This document shows positions 54,901-64,000 of a stretch of DNA of 64,000 nt, piece by piece. The stretch's first letter is position 1. Every line of letters starts with the position of its first letter. A model generated the notes under the pieces. The model ran no database searches. It worked only from the letters and a program-made list of their open reading frames with translations, and was not told the DNA's origin. Source of the DNA: an uncultured Bartonella sp. (GTDB lineage: Bacteria > Pseudomonadota > Alphaproteobacteria > Rhizobiales > Rhizobiaceae); assembly GCF_945277285.1 (NCBI RefSeq), contig NZ_CALYPR010000002.1, positions 69,214-133,213 on the forward strand, in the 5' to 3' direction. A program made the position numbers and the translations under genes.

Positions 54901-57900
54901 TGGCGCCAACAGACAAGGTTTCCAATCCGGACAAACACAATAAGGGTGGCCTGCTGGCATTGTTCATTCGCCGGCCGGTTTCCGCTTTTGTGCTGAATGT
55001 GCTCATTCTGGTGGCCGGTCTTGCCGCGCTTCGCGGTATTGATGTGCGCGAATTGCCGGATGTCGACCGGCCGGTTATTACGGTTTCCACCAATTTCGAC
55101 GGAGCGGCGGCAGAAACAATTGACCGCGAGATTACCCAGAAGCTCGAAGATGCGGTGGCGCGTGTTTCGGGGGTAAAAACCATATCGTCGCGCTCGTCCT
55201 TTGCCCGTTCGCGGGTGACTGTCGAATTTAATGACGGTGTCGACCTCAATGTCGCGGCTGCCGATATTCGCGATGCGATTTCGCGTGTCACCAATGAATT
55301 GCCCGATGATGCCGATGCCTCGCGCATTATCAAGGCTGATTCGAATGCCGATGCGGTCATGCGCCTTGCGGTTACCTCGACAACCATGACTGTCGATGAT
55401 TTGACCGTTCTGACAGAAGACCAGATTGTTGACACATTATCGGCCGTATCGGGGGTTGCCGATGTTCAGGTCAATGGCGACCGCGACAAGATTTTCCGTA
55501 TCGACATCAATCCGGCAAAACTAGCAAGTTACGGGCTTACCATTGCCGATGTCAGCCGCACTCTGTCGGATATGGCACTCGACGCACCGGCGGGGTCGCT
55601 TAGAAGTTCCAGTCAGGCGCTGGTGGTCAGGGCAACGGCCAATATTTCAACACCCGAAGGGTTTGAAAATGTCTATCTCAACAACCGGGTGCGCATTGGC
55701 GATATTGCCAATGTCACTTTAGGGCCGGATGTCGAAACCTCGATTGTGCGTGTGAATGGCAAACTCGGTGTAGGGCTCGGTATTGTCCGGCAAGCCCAAT
55801 CGAATACGCTTGATATTTCGCAAGGCATTCGCGCCGCGGTCGACAATCTCAACAAGACATTGCCGAAGGGTGTTCATATTACCATTACCAGCGATGATGC
55901 GAGCTTTATTAATGGCGCCATTCATGAAGTGGAAATCGCCCTCATTGTTGCGGTTTTAAGCGTTGTTGTGGTGATTTTTCTGTTTTTATGGGATGTGCGC
56001 GCCACTTTCATTCCGGCCCTTTCCATTCCGGTGGCGCTGATTGGTACATTTGCTGCCATTTATCTTGCCGGTTTTTCGGTCAATATTCTGACACTTCTGG
56101 CTTTGGTTCTGGCCACCGGTCTGGTGGTGGATGATGCCATTGTGGTGCTGGAAAATATTGTGCGCCACCGCAATCTTGGGGTGGGGCCACGGGCGGCAGC
56201 GGTCATGGGGACGCGGGAAGTGTTTTTTGCCGTCATTGCCACGACACTTACTCTTGTTGCGGTTTTCGTGCCGATTTCCTTTTTGCCGGGGCAAGCGGGC
56301 GGGCTGTTTCGTGAGTTCGGGTTTGTGCTCGCTATTGCCATTCTGCTTTCGGCAGTGGTTGCCCTGACCCTTTGCCCGATGCTTGCCTCGCGGCTTTTGA
56401 AACAGGTTGCAAAGGAAAAGGACCAACACCGTTTCAAGCCTGCGGCTCTTATAAAATTTGCTCAGGCTTTACAGAAATTTTATGCCCGCACCTTGCACGG
56501 CGCGCTTGACCGGCCTTTTCTTGTTGTGTTGGTATCGGTCGGGTTTTTGGTTTTGTGTGCGGGCGGCTATCTGTCGCTGCGTCAGGAATTGACCCCGCCG
56601 GAAGACCGGGCGCAAGTGTTCTTGCGGATAAACGGCCCGCAAGGCATTTCTGTTGATTATCTCAACCAGCAAATCCAAAAAATAGAAGAGGCATTGCAGC
56701 CGTTAAAAGACAATGGCGAAATAATCAACACCTATTCGGTGTCCGGCACATTCGGCTCGTCCAATAACGGTTTTCTGATGCTCAATCTTGCCCCGTGGGA
56801 AAAGCGCCACCGCAGTCAACAGAAAATTGTCGAGGATATCAATAAAATCATGAAGCAGTATCCGGCGGTTCGAGTTATCGCGGCTGAAGGAAATTCGCTG
56901 GGGATTCGCGGCGCCGGACAGGGCTTGCAATTTGCCATTCTTGGCACCGATTATGCCAAACTGCAGCCGGTGGCCGACAAGCTGGTGGCTAAAATGCAAC
57001 AAGACCGGCGTTTTGTGCAACCGCGATTGAGCGTGGAAGCAACACAACCGCAACTTTTTATTGATATCAACCGCGAACGGGCAACTGATCTGGGCATTGA
57101 TATTAGTGGCCTTGCCAATGCTGTGCAATCAATGCTTGACGGGCGCAAAATCGGCTCGGTCTATATTGGTGACCGTTCCTATGATGTCAAACTTGTCTCG
57201 AACAGCAATCCGGTCAACGACCCGACAGATCTTGAAGGCATTTTCATGAAAACAGCCGATAACCGTTTTGTGCCGATGTCGGTGGTCACCACTGTGCAGG
57301 AAAAACCGGTGCCGCCGGAACTAGGACGTGAATCGCGCATGCGCTCGATTGCTTTGACATCCAGTCTTGAACCGGGCTTTGCCTTGGGAAATGCCTATCA
57401 ACAAGTGCTGGAAATGGCGGCCCCGCTCTTGCCACCGGGAAGTTTTATCATTCCATTGGCTGAAGCTGCCACATTAAGCGAAACGTCGTCGGGGCTCATG
57501 ATTGTGTTCGGTTTTGCTATTGTCATTATTCTTCTGGTTTTGGCCGCGCAATTTGAAAGCTTTGTTTCCGGTTTGATTGTCATGGCAACGGTGCCATTGG
57601 GGCTGGGAAGCGCAATTATTGCAATGATGGTGAGCGGGGTGAGCCTGAATGTCTATAGCGAAATCGGTCTGGTGCTTCTGGTTGGTATAATGGCCAAAAA
57701 CGGCATTCTCATTGTCGAATTTGCCGATCAGCTCAGAAATTGCGGCCAGTCTGTGCGCGAAGCGGTGGAAAACGCCGCCAACATCCGCTTGCGGCCGGTT
57801 TCAATGACCATGATTTGCGCAATTTTGGGTGGTGTGCCGCTGATTTTGGCAAGTGGCGCAGGAGCGGAAGCAAGAATTTCTCTCGGTTGGGTTATTGTTG

Positions 57901-58037
57901 GCGGGCTTGGCCTTGCAACTCTTGCAACACTCTATGTAACACCGGTTACCTATCTTTTGCTTGGCCGTTTCATCCGCCCGAAAGCCGAAGAAGAATTGCG
58001 TCTTGAACAGGAACTGCAAGAAGCCAAAGAATTTTAA
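54900..58037 (+). CDS. RND efflux permease (AcrB/HAE1-like)
   Basis: 1045 aa. N-terminus LFIRRPVSAFVLNVLILVAGL and 12 TM segments with two large periplasmic loops. Start overlaps the MFP stop. Confidence 0.9.
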   Translation: MAPTDKVSNPDKHNKGGLLALFIRRPVSAFVLNVLILVAGLAALRGIDVRELPDVDRPVITVSTNFDGAAAETIDREITQKLEDAVARVSGVKTISSRSSFARSRVTVEFNDGVDLNVAAADIRDAISRVTNELPDDADASRIIKADSNADAVMRLAVTSTTMTVDDLTVLTEDQIVDTLSAVSGVADVQVNGDRDKIFRIDINPAKLASYGLTIADVSRTLSDMALDAPAGSLRSSSQALVVRATANISTPEGFENVYLNNRVRIGDIANVTLGPDVETSIVRVNGKLGVGLGIVRQAQSNTLDISQGIRAAVDNLNKTLPKGVHITITSDDASFINGAIHEVEIALIVAVLSVVVVIFLFLWDVRATFIPALSIPVALIGTFAAIYLAGFSVNILTLLALVLATGLVVDDAIVVLENIVRHRNLGVGPRAAAVMGTREVFFAVIATTLTLVAVFVPISFLPGQAGGLFREFGFVLAIAILLSAVVALTLCPMLASRLLKQVAKEKDQHRFKPAALIKFAQALQKFYARTLHGALDRPFLVVLVSVGFLVLCAGGYLSLRQELTPPEDRAQVFLRINGPQGISVDYLNQQIQKIEEALQPLKDNGEIINTYSVSGTFGSSNNGFLMLNLAPWEKRHRSQQKIVEDINKIMKQYPAVRVIAAEGNSLGIRGAGQGLQFAILGTDYAKLQPVADKLVAKMQQDRRFVQPRLSVEATQPQLFIDINRERATDLGIDISGLANAVQSMLDGRKIGSVYIGDRSYDVKLVSNSNPVNDPTDLEGIFMKTADNRFVPMSVVTTVQEKPVPPELGRESRMRSIALTSSLEPGFALGNAYQQVLEMAAPLLPPGSFIIPLAEAATLSETSSGLMIVFGFAIVIILLVLAAQFESFVSGLIVMATVPLGLGSAIIAMMVSGVSLNVYSEIGLVLLVGIMAKNGILIVEFADQLRNCGQSVREAVENAANIRLRPVSMTMICAILGGVPLILASGAGAEARISLGWVIVGGLGLATLATLYVTPVTYLLLGRFIRPKAEEELRLEQELQEAKEF

Positions 58038-58325
58038 TTGAAAGCGTTCGTCCACCTTTCATGAACAGCGCGCCTTCAAGGCGCGGTTCAGTTTTTCAAA
58101 CAAAAAGGAAAAATTTTTATAAGAAAGCCGCACGAGAAATTTATAAAAACTGTTCATTGAGAAGGCCCGATATCAGGCGCAGGAACAGGGAAAACACAAA
58201 AAACCGGTCAACAAAGAACTGTGTCCATCCGGCTATTACAAAAGAAGCGGCATGCATTTTTCCTCTTTCCCTTGCTGGCGTTTCATCCTAAATTCATCAT
58301 TCAGAATAGTGGAGAAAAAATCGCT

Positions 58326-59975
58326 ATGTTCCGTAATGAAGAGAAATTCCGTGTCGCCTTCAATGCATTGAAAAACCATGCCAAAGAGCCGGAGCTTGGC
58401 GATATTCGCAAGCTTTTCCAGCAGGATCCACAGCGTTTTTCGCACTTTTCGCTGAAGTTTGATGATCTTCTGTTCGATTTTTCCAAATGCGCAATTACTG
58501 AAAAAACTTTGCAGCTTCTGGATGATCTTGCCCTTGCTGCCGGACTTTTTGAGCGGCGTGATGCGATGTTCAAGGGCGAAGCGATCAATGTAACCGAAAA
58601 CCGCGCGGTGCTTCATGTGGCTTTGCGCGCACCTGAAAACTGTACAATCATGCTTGGTGACAAAAATATTGTCGATGATGTGCAGGCGGTTCTTGGCCGT
58701 ATGGAAAAATTCTGTGAAGCGGTGCGTGATGGCACTTATAAAGGCGAGCATGGCGACAAAATCACCGACATTGTCAATATCGGCATTGGCGGATCGGATC
58801 TCGGGCCGAAAATGGCCACCCTTGCCTTGAAGCCTTACCATGATGGTCCTCGGTGCCATTTTGTCTCCAATGTCGATAGTGCCGATATTGCCGACACTCT
58901 TTCTTGCCTTAATCCGGCAACAACGCTGATTATCGTTGCTTCAAAAACCTTCACCACTGCCGAAACCATGACCAATGCACGGGTGGCACGCCAATGGGTA
59001 AGCGAAAAACTGGGAGATCTCGCGGTTTCCAAACATTTTGCTGCCGTTTCCACTGCCCTTGATAAGGTGGCCGATTTCGGCATTGATCCGTCGCGGGTTT
59101 TCGGTTTCTGGAACTGGGTTGGCGGGCGTTATTCCGTGTGGTCGGCAATTGGTCTTTCGGTCATGATGGCTATCGGCGCGGCAAATTTCCGCAAGTTTCT
59201 GGCCGGTGCCCAAGCCATGGATGAACATTTCCGTTCTTCCCCACTCAATGAAAATATTCCGGCAAGGCTCGGGCTTATCGGCTTCTGGCACCGCGTTATC
59301 TGTGGCTATCCAACACGCGCGGTTATCCCTTATGAAGAAAGACTGTCGCGGCTTCCTGCCTATTTGCAGCAGCTTGATATGGAATCAAACGGCAAACACG
59401 TGACAGTTGATGGCAAGCCGGTTGCAATGCCCACCGGCCCGATTGTCTGGGGAGAGCCCGGCACCAATGGTCAACATGCATTTTTCCAGCTTCTGCATCA
59501 GGGCACCGATATTATTCCGGTTGAATTTATTGTGGCGGTCAACGGCCATGAAACAAACCTGCAACACCAGCATAATATGCTTGTTGCCAATTGCTTTGCC
59601 CAATCGGAAGCCTTGATGAGAGGGCGCTCGCAAGAAGAAGCCAAAGCTCTTCTTCTAAAAAAAGGTTGGGACGAAGAGGAAGCAGAAAAATTGGCACCGC
59701 ACAAGAGCTTTGTTGGCAACCGCCCGACGATTACCCTTGTTCATGACCTACTTTCGCCGTTCAATCTCGGGCGGTTGATTGCGCTTTATGAACACCGTGT
59801 TTTTGTCGAAGGCACATTGATGGATATTAATTCTTATGATCAATGGGGCGTCGAGCTTGGCAAAGAATTGGCCAATGAATTGTTGCCAATGGTGGCAGGC
59901 GAAGAACAGCCGGAAAATCGTGACAGTTCTACAACCGGCCTAATTTCTTACGTCAACCAGCGGCGCTTACGCTAA
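58326..59975 (+). CDS. pgi: glucose-6-phosphate isomerase
   Basis: PGI signatures ..[14 protein letters not shown].. and ..[12 protein letters not shown].. ..[10 protein letters not shown].. ..[15 protein letters not shown]... ATG 58326 (GGAGA upstream) preferred over the ORF start at 58221. Confidence 0.95.
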   Translation: MFRNEEKFRVAFNALKNHAKEPELGDIRKLFQQDPQRFSHFSLKFDDLLFDFSKCAITEKTLQLLDDLALAAGLFERRDAMFKGEAINVTENRAVLHVALRAPENCTIMLGDKNIVDDVQAVLGRMEKFCEAVRDGTYKGEHGDKITDIVNIGIGGSDLGPKMATLALKPYHDGPRCHFVSNVDSADIADTLSCLNPATTLIIVASKTFTTAETMTNARVARQWVSEKLGDLAVSKHFAAVSTALDKVADFGIDPSRVFGFWNWVGGRYSVWSAIGLSVMMAIGAANFRKFLAGAQAMDEHFRSSPLNENIPARLGLIGFWHRVICGYPTRAVIPYEERLSRLPAYLQQLDMESNGKHVTVDGKPVAMPTGPIVWGEPGTNGQHAFFQLLHQGTDIIPVEFIVAVNGHETNLQHQHNMLVANCFAQSEALMRGRSQEEAKALLLKKGWDEEEAEKLAPHKSFVGNRPTITLVHDLLSPFNLGRLIALYEHRVFVEGTLMDINSYDQWGVELGKELANELLPMVAGEEQPENRDSSTTGLISYVNQRRLR

Positions 59976-60550
59976 AATTGCTGCGACAAAATTGTTGGCG
60001 AGCCTGTCCGGCCTGAACGCAAAAACCGGCCTAAGTTTTCTGTGCTCATAAAATTGTCAGGTAACATGCGCCGGTTGTTAAAGCGCTTTTGTGAGCTATC
60101 CTAAAAAATATTGTACAATGCCGTGCCACCGGTTTTTTAAGAAGACAGGCGTTTGGCGGCTTCTGCTGATATCGTTTTTCATTGCTTCCCAATAGAAAAA
60201 TGGCGGTCATCTTGCGCTTGGTGGCCAATGGCCAAAGCGGCAAAAGACCGGCAGAAAACACAAAAAACTTGGGTGACGGGTAAGATAACGGCGCGAGTCA
60301 GAACGCAAAGTGGGCCGAGCTTCACCACAGGAACAAGCTTAAAAAAACCTTTCAAATCGGCTGTGAGGTGAGAAGAAAAAAATTGCCAATAGAAAACAAA
60401 GAAGCAAGCTTGCCAAAGAAAGGTCGGAGGTTTGCAATTTTCAGCGTTTTTCAACAGACTTTTTCAAGTTTTTCAATCTATAGTGAAATGTGGCCGAAAA
60501 AATTTCACAGTATTTTGTACTGGTGTGGAACAAATAGAAACGCGGTTTTT

Positions 60551-61186
60551 TCAGGCAAGCAGCGATGTCTGTTTGCGGAAAGATTTTGTCTGGCACAAAA
60601 GCATTCTTTTGCCAAGCTCATAAAGATTGAAGCCTTTGCCGGAATTCAGCCATTCATGCAGAATACCGCCAATGATACAAACAAGGACGCGCGCTGCATC
60701 TTCGGGTGTCCATTCATCGGAAAGCATGTTGCGGCTTTTGGCAACGTGAAGCATACGGGCGAAGAGATCAAGCATGCTGTCATGGGCTTCTCTCAGGCGT
60801 GACATCATTTGCGAAAAATCGTCGACATATTCGCAACGCAATGTGACAATTGTCATCACCCGCTGCTGGCGCTCGTCTTCAGTAAAACGTTCAAGACAGG
60901 CGCAAGCCGATTTTTCAAGAATATCAATCGGATTGACAGAAGCATTCCGGCGCACTTCGTCGATCAATTCTTCTTGAGGGAATTTTATGCGGTCGATAAT
61001 GGCCGTATAAATAGCCGGTTTATCACGGAAATGGAAATAAATGGCACCACGAGTAACACCGGCACGCTTGGCAATATCATTGAGCGACGTTTTTGAAACG
61101 CCTTTCTGCAGAAAGGCAATCTCAGCCGCGTCGAGTATGGCTTCGCGTGTTTCGCTGGCTTCGGCTTTGGTCCGGCGCATGATCAA
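60551..61186 (-). CDS. TetR/AcrR-family transcriptional repressor
   Basis: N-terminal HTH ..REAILDAAEIAFLQKGVSKTSLNDIAKRAGVTRGAIYFHF... Divergent from the RND adaptor gene. Confidence 0.9.
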   Translation of the reverse strand: MIMRRTKAEASETREAILDAAEIAFLQKGVSKTSLNDIAKRAGVTRGAIYFHFRDKPAIYTAIIDRIKFPQEELIDEVRRNASVNPIDILEKSACACLERFTEDERQQRVMTIVTLRCEYVDDFSQMMSRLREAHDSMLDLFARMLHVAKSRNMLSDEWTPEDAARVLVCIIGGILHEWLNSGKGFNLYELGKRMLLCQTKSFRKQTSLLA

Positions 61187-61326
61187 CCCCTTTTTTTTCT
61201 CATTTTACTATGCTCGTTACTATGTCTGTTCAAAATCCTGACAGAAAAAATTGGGATCAATGTTGCAACTTGGTTGTAGTGCCTTATTATTGCTAATATT
61301 AAGTGATTTAAACCGATTTGGCTATT

Positions 61327-61346
61327 TACAAACATTCATGTATGTA
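61327..61346. promoter_or_regulatory. AcrR-type operator-like inverted repeat TACAAACAT-TC-ATGTATGTA
   Basis: 8/9 matching arms. The half-site TACATACAT matches the E. coli AcrR operator. It lies 43 nt upstream of the adaptor gene start, in the TetR/acrA divergent region. Confidence 0.55.
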
Positions 61347-61388
61347 TATTCTAGCGGATACGAAAAAAATATCAAGGTCTGACATCCT

Positions 61389-62741
61389 ATGACACTATTC
61401 AGGAAATTATCAGCCGCTCTTGTTGTCGGCGTGCTGTCTTTTGGACTCGTTGCATGTGGTAAACAGGAGCAACGGATGCCGCCGCCCTCAAAGGCAAGTG
61501 GAAAGATTATCCATCAGGCGGAAGTTCCGCTTTATTATGAATATGCCGCCCGCGTTGTTGCCTATCGCGAGACAGAAGTGCGCGCGCGTGTTGGGGGCAT
61601 TCTCCTGCACCGCAACTTTGTTGAGGGCTCGGAAGTCAAGCAGGGCGATATATTGTTCGAGATTGATCCCGATAAATATGAAGCGGCAGTAGCTTCCGCA
61701 CGTGCCCAGGTTGCCCAGGCGCAAGCCAATTATGACCAGTCGGTGCGTGATGCCGACCGGGCTGAAGAGCTGGTCAAGCAGAAGGTCCAGTCAACGTCCT
61801 TGCGCGATCAGGCATTTGCCAAGCGCGATGCCGATGAAGCAACCCTGATGCAGACAAAGGCCGAGTTGCGCACAGCCGAGCTTAACCTTGAATATACCAA
61901 GGTTGCCGCTCCGATTAGCGGGCTGACCAGCCGTGAGGCGGTTTCGGAAGGATCACTGATAGGAACGGATCCAACCTCAAGTCTGCTTACCACCATTACC
62001 CAGCTTGACCCGATTTATGTCAACTTCTCGTTTGCCGATGGTGAATATGAGCAAATTCGTCATTTGATGGATGAAATGCAGAAGCGTGGTGAAAAAATCG
62101 ACAATCTGAAAGTCACAGTTCGTCTCGGCGAAGGGGTCGATTACCCCGAACAGGGTACTGTTGATTTTACCTCGCCAACCATTGACAAGCAAACCGGCAC
62201 ATTGGGTGCCCGTGCTGTCATTGCCAATCCAAACCGGCGTCTGGTTCCGGGCATGTTTGTGCGCGTCACCGTTACCGGCATCAAAATGGCCGATGCTATA
62301 ACCATTCCCGAATCGGCACTGGTTCAAAACAGCAGTGGCCAATTTGTTTATGTTTTGAAAAAACCCGAGCCGCCAAAGCCGGGTGAACAGCCACAACAGC
62401 CTGCCGCTCAACCTGCACCGGCAGATGCCAAAGCCGATCCGTCAAAACCACAGCAGCCTGCCGGACGTTTGATGGTTGTCGTCCAACGGCCGGTCAAAGC
62501 TGTTCGTAAAATGCAAAATGGCGACTGGCTGCTTGAAAATGCGGTTTTTGACAGCAATGACAAAACCAAGGTTGTTTCGGGACTTGCTGACGGCGAAGAA
62601 GTTGTAACAGCTGGCCAGGTTTACATTGAGCAGGGCTTGATGCGTATACCTCAAGGTAAAAGTTTGATGGTCATGGTTACAGATGACGCACCCGCAACCA
62701 AAAATGGGGACAATGCAAAAGCTTCGGGGCCTGCACAATGA
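61389..62741 (+). CDS. RND efflux periplasmic adaptor lipoprotein (AcrA-like)
   Basis: Lipobox ..FGLVAC|GK and AcrA-like motifs (..[28 protein letters not shown].., ..[10 protein letters not shown]..). A Pro/Gln-rich insert lies near residue 320. Confidence 0.9.
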   Translation: MTLFRKLSAALVVGVLSFGLVACGKQEQRMPPPSKASGKIIHQAEVPLYYEYAARVVAYRETEVRARVGGILLHRNFVEGSEVKQGDILFEIDPDKYEAAVASARAQVAQAQANYDQSVRDADRAEELVKQKVQSTSLRDQAFAKRDADEATLMQTKAELRTAELNLEYTKVAAPISGLTSREAVSEGSLIGTDPTSSLLTTITQLDPIYVNFSFADGEYEQIRHLMDEMQKRGEKIDNLKVTVRLGEGVDYPEQGTVDFTSPTIDKQTGTLGARAVIANPNRRLVPGMFVRVTVTGIKMADAITIPESALVQNSSGQFVYVLKKPEPPKPGEQPQQPAAQPAPADAKADPSKPQQPAGRLMVVVQRPVKAVRKMQNGDWLLENAVFDSNDKTKVVSGLADGEEVVTAGQVYIEQGLMRIPQGKSLMVMVTDDAPATKNGDNAKASGPAQ

Positions 62742-64000
62742 GCTATAGTTTTTTCATTAACCGGCCGGTTTTCGCGTCGGTTATCTCCATTATTATCGTA
62801 TTGGCCGGTTTTATGTGTATGCGCATATTACCGGTTGCCCAATACCCTGATTTGTTACCGCCACAGGTGGTTGTTTCGGCCCAGTACCCCGGTGCGAGTG
62901 CTGAAACCGTTGCCCAGACAGTGGCTGTGCCACTCGAGCAGCAGATCAACGGCGTTGAAGACATGATCTATATGCAATCGACCAGCAACGCTTCGGGTAC
63001 ATTGCAGATCACTGTTACATTTGCTCTCGGTACCGATCCGGATCAGGCAACGATTAACGTCAATAACCGTGTGCAACGCGCATTGACCACATTGCCACAA
63101 GAAGTGCAACGCTTAGGTGTGGTTGCCGATAAACGTTCATCATCCATTCTGGGGCTGGTTGCAATGCGTTCAACCACCAGTGCCTATGACCGCACCTATG
63201 TTGGTAACTACGCCCTTCTTAACGTTGTTGACGATTTGAAACGTATTCAAGGTGTCGGTGATGCTCAGGTTCTCGGCAATATCAACTATTCAATGCGTAT
63301 CTGGCTGCGTCCGGACAAACTTGCCCAGTATAATTTGACGCCAACCGATGTCATTAATGCCGTCAAAGAGCAAAATAACCAATATCCGGTTGGCCGTATC
63401 GGTGAACAGCCGGATATTCATGGTGCTTTCACCTATTCGGCAACCACGCAGGGGCGGTTGATAACAACGGAAGAATTCGGCAATATTATTTTGCGCTCGG
63501 ATGATACCGGTGCATCGCTTCGTCTCAAGGATGTTGCCCGTCTCGAACTTGGTACCCAGCAATATTTCGTGGAATCCAATTTGAACGGCAACCCGATGGT
63601 GCCTATTCTGCTGTTTTTGCAGCCTGGTGCCAACGCTTTGGCGACAATGGATGCAATCAAAAAACGCATGGCCGAATTGAAAGTCGCATTCCCTCCGGGG
63701 CTCGAATATTCGGTGCCATATGATACCACGAAATTCATTCAGGTTTCCGTTGAAGAGGTTGTTCACACCTTTATCGAAGCTATTCTGCTGGTGATTGTTG
63801 TGGTCTTCATCTTCCTGCAAAACTGGCGGGCAACGCTTATTCCGATTATCGCGGTGCCAATATCCATTATCGGGACATTCGCAGGCATTTATGTGCTCGG
63901 TTTCTCGATTAATATGTTGACATTGTTCGGGCTGGTTCTGGCAATCGGTATTGTGGTTGACGATGCCATCGTGGTGCTGGAAAACGTCGAGCGTGTGATG
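62738..64000 (+). CDS. RND efflux permease AcrB-like, 5' part (runs off the window)
   Basis: Not in the ORF track because no stop is reached. ATG 62738 overlaps the adaptor stop (ATGA). It translates to [63 protein letters not shown].., the canonical AcrB N-terminus. Confidence 0.9.
   Translation, partial: MSYSFFINRPVFASVISIIIVLAGFMCMRILPVAQYPDLLPPQVVVSAQYPGASAETVAQTVAVPLEQQINGVEDMIYMQSTSNASGTLQITVTFALGTDPDQATINVNNRVQRALTTLPQEVQRLGVVADKRSSSILGLVAMRSTTSAYDRTYVGNYALLNVVDDLKRIQGVGDAQVLGNINYSMRIWLRPDKLAQYNLTPTDVINAVKEQNNQYPVGRIGEQPDIHGAFTYSATTQGRLITTEEFGNIILRSDDTGASLRLKDVARLELGTQQYFVESNLNGNPMVPILLFLQPGANALATMDAIKKRMAELKVAFPPGLEYSVPYDTTKFIQVSVEEVVHTFIEAILLVIVVVFIFLQNWRATLIPIIAVPISIIGTFAGIYVLGFSINMLTLFGLVLAIGIVVDDAIVVLENVERVM

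Noticed and set aside
1-64000. Search for mobile-element genes (transposase, integrase, IS inverted repeats), rRNA or prophage modules
   Set aside because: I recognised none in any frame. The accessory block therefore cannot be called a mobile element on present evidence.

Overview
64-kb chromosomal window. Gene content and signals point to an alphaproteobacterium, probably Rhizobiales-like, of moderate G+C (inference only). The signals are the rplU-rpmA-GNAT arrangement, a Rhodobacter-type EIIA-HPr-EI fructose PTS protein, an Irr/ICE-like box and many TonB/ABC/RND systems. Left to right: a TonB-dependent receptor; cupin, Zn-ADH and HIBADH-like dehydrogenase genes; a LacI-controlled fruBKA fructose PTS operon with two TGAAAACGTTTTCA-type operators; a TonB receptor / FecBCD-type ABC importer / LLM oxidoreductase cluster bracketed by a shared 23-bp motif; tRNA-Ser(CGA); rplU-rpmA-GNAT, followed by a 199-bp duplication of the GNAT 3' end and about 1.1 kb of pyrimidine-skewed non-coding DNA; and three drug-type transporters (MFS, MATE, MFS). 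The accessory core lies at 28.2-41.0 kb. It holds three small cas-less CRISPR arrays with one type II-C-like 36-bp repeat (5, 2 and 4 repeats; 8 different 30-31-bp spacers). These arrays bracket a dipeptidase gene and a 10.4-kb cargo block. The block carries an A+T-rich HTH-Dcm/Vsr/McrB-like/McrC-like (LlaJI-like) restriction module, an operon of three signal-peptide-bearing NAD(P)-type oxidoreductases plus an MFS transporter, and an FRG-domain gene. Downstream lie a urate/allantoin catabolism cluster (allE, LysR, NitT/TauT-type ABC, HpyO-like flavoprotein, puuE, allA, uraD, uraH), tRNA-Arg(ACG), an orphan histidine kinase, two RND efflux systems (one TetR-controlled, its AcrB gene cut by the window end) and pgi. 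I recognised no cas gene, convincing tracrRNA, transposase, integrase or rRNA. The most interesting signal is the CRISPR architecture. Each repeat carries a sigma70-like promoter on the minus strand, and arrays A and B end in covarying intrinsic terminators, so they look like self-contained crRNA units with no cas neighbour. All calls rest on reading the sequence and ORF track by eye; no searches or statistics were run.
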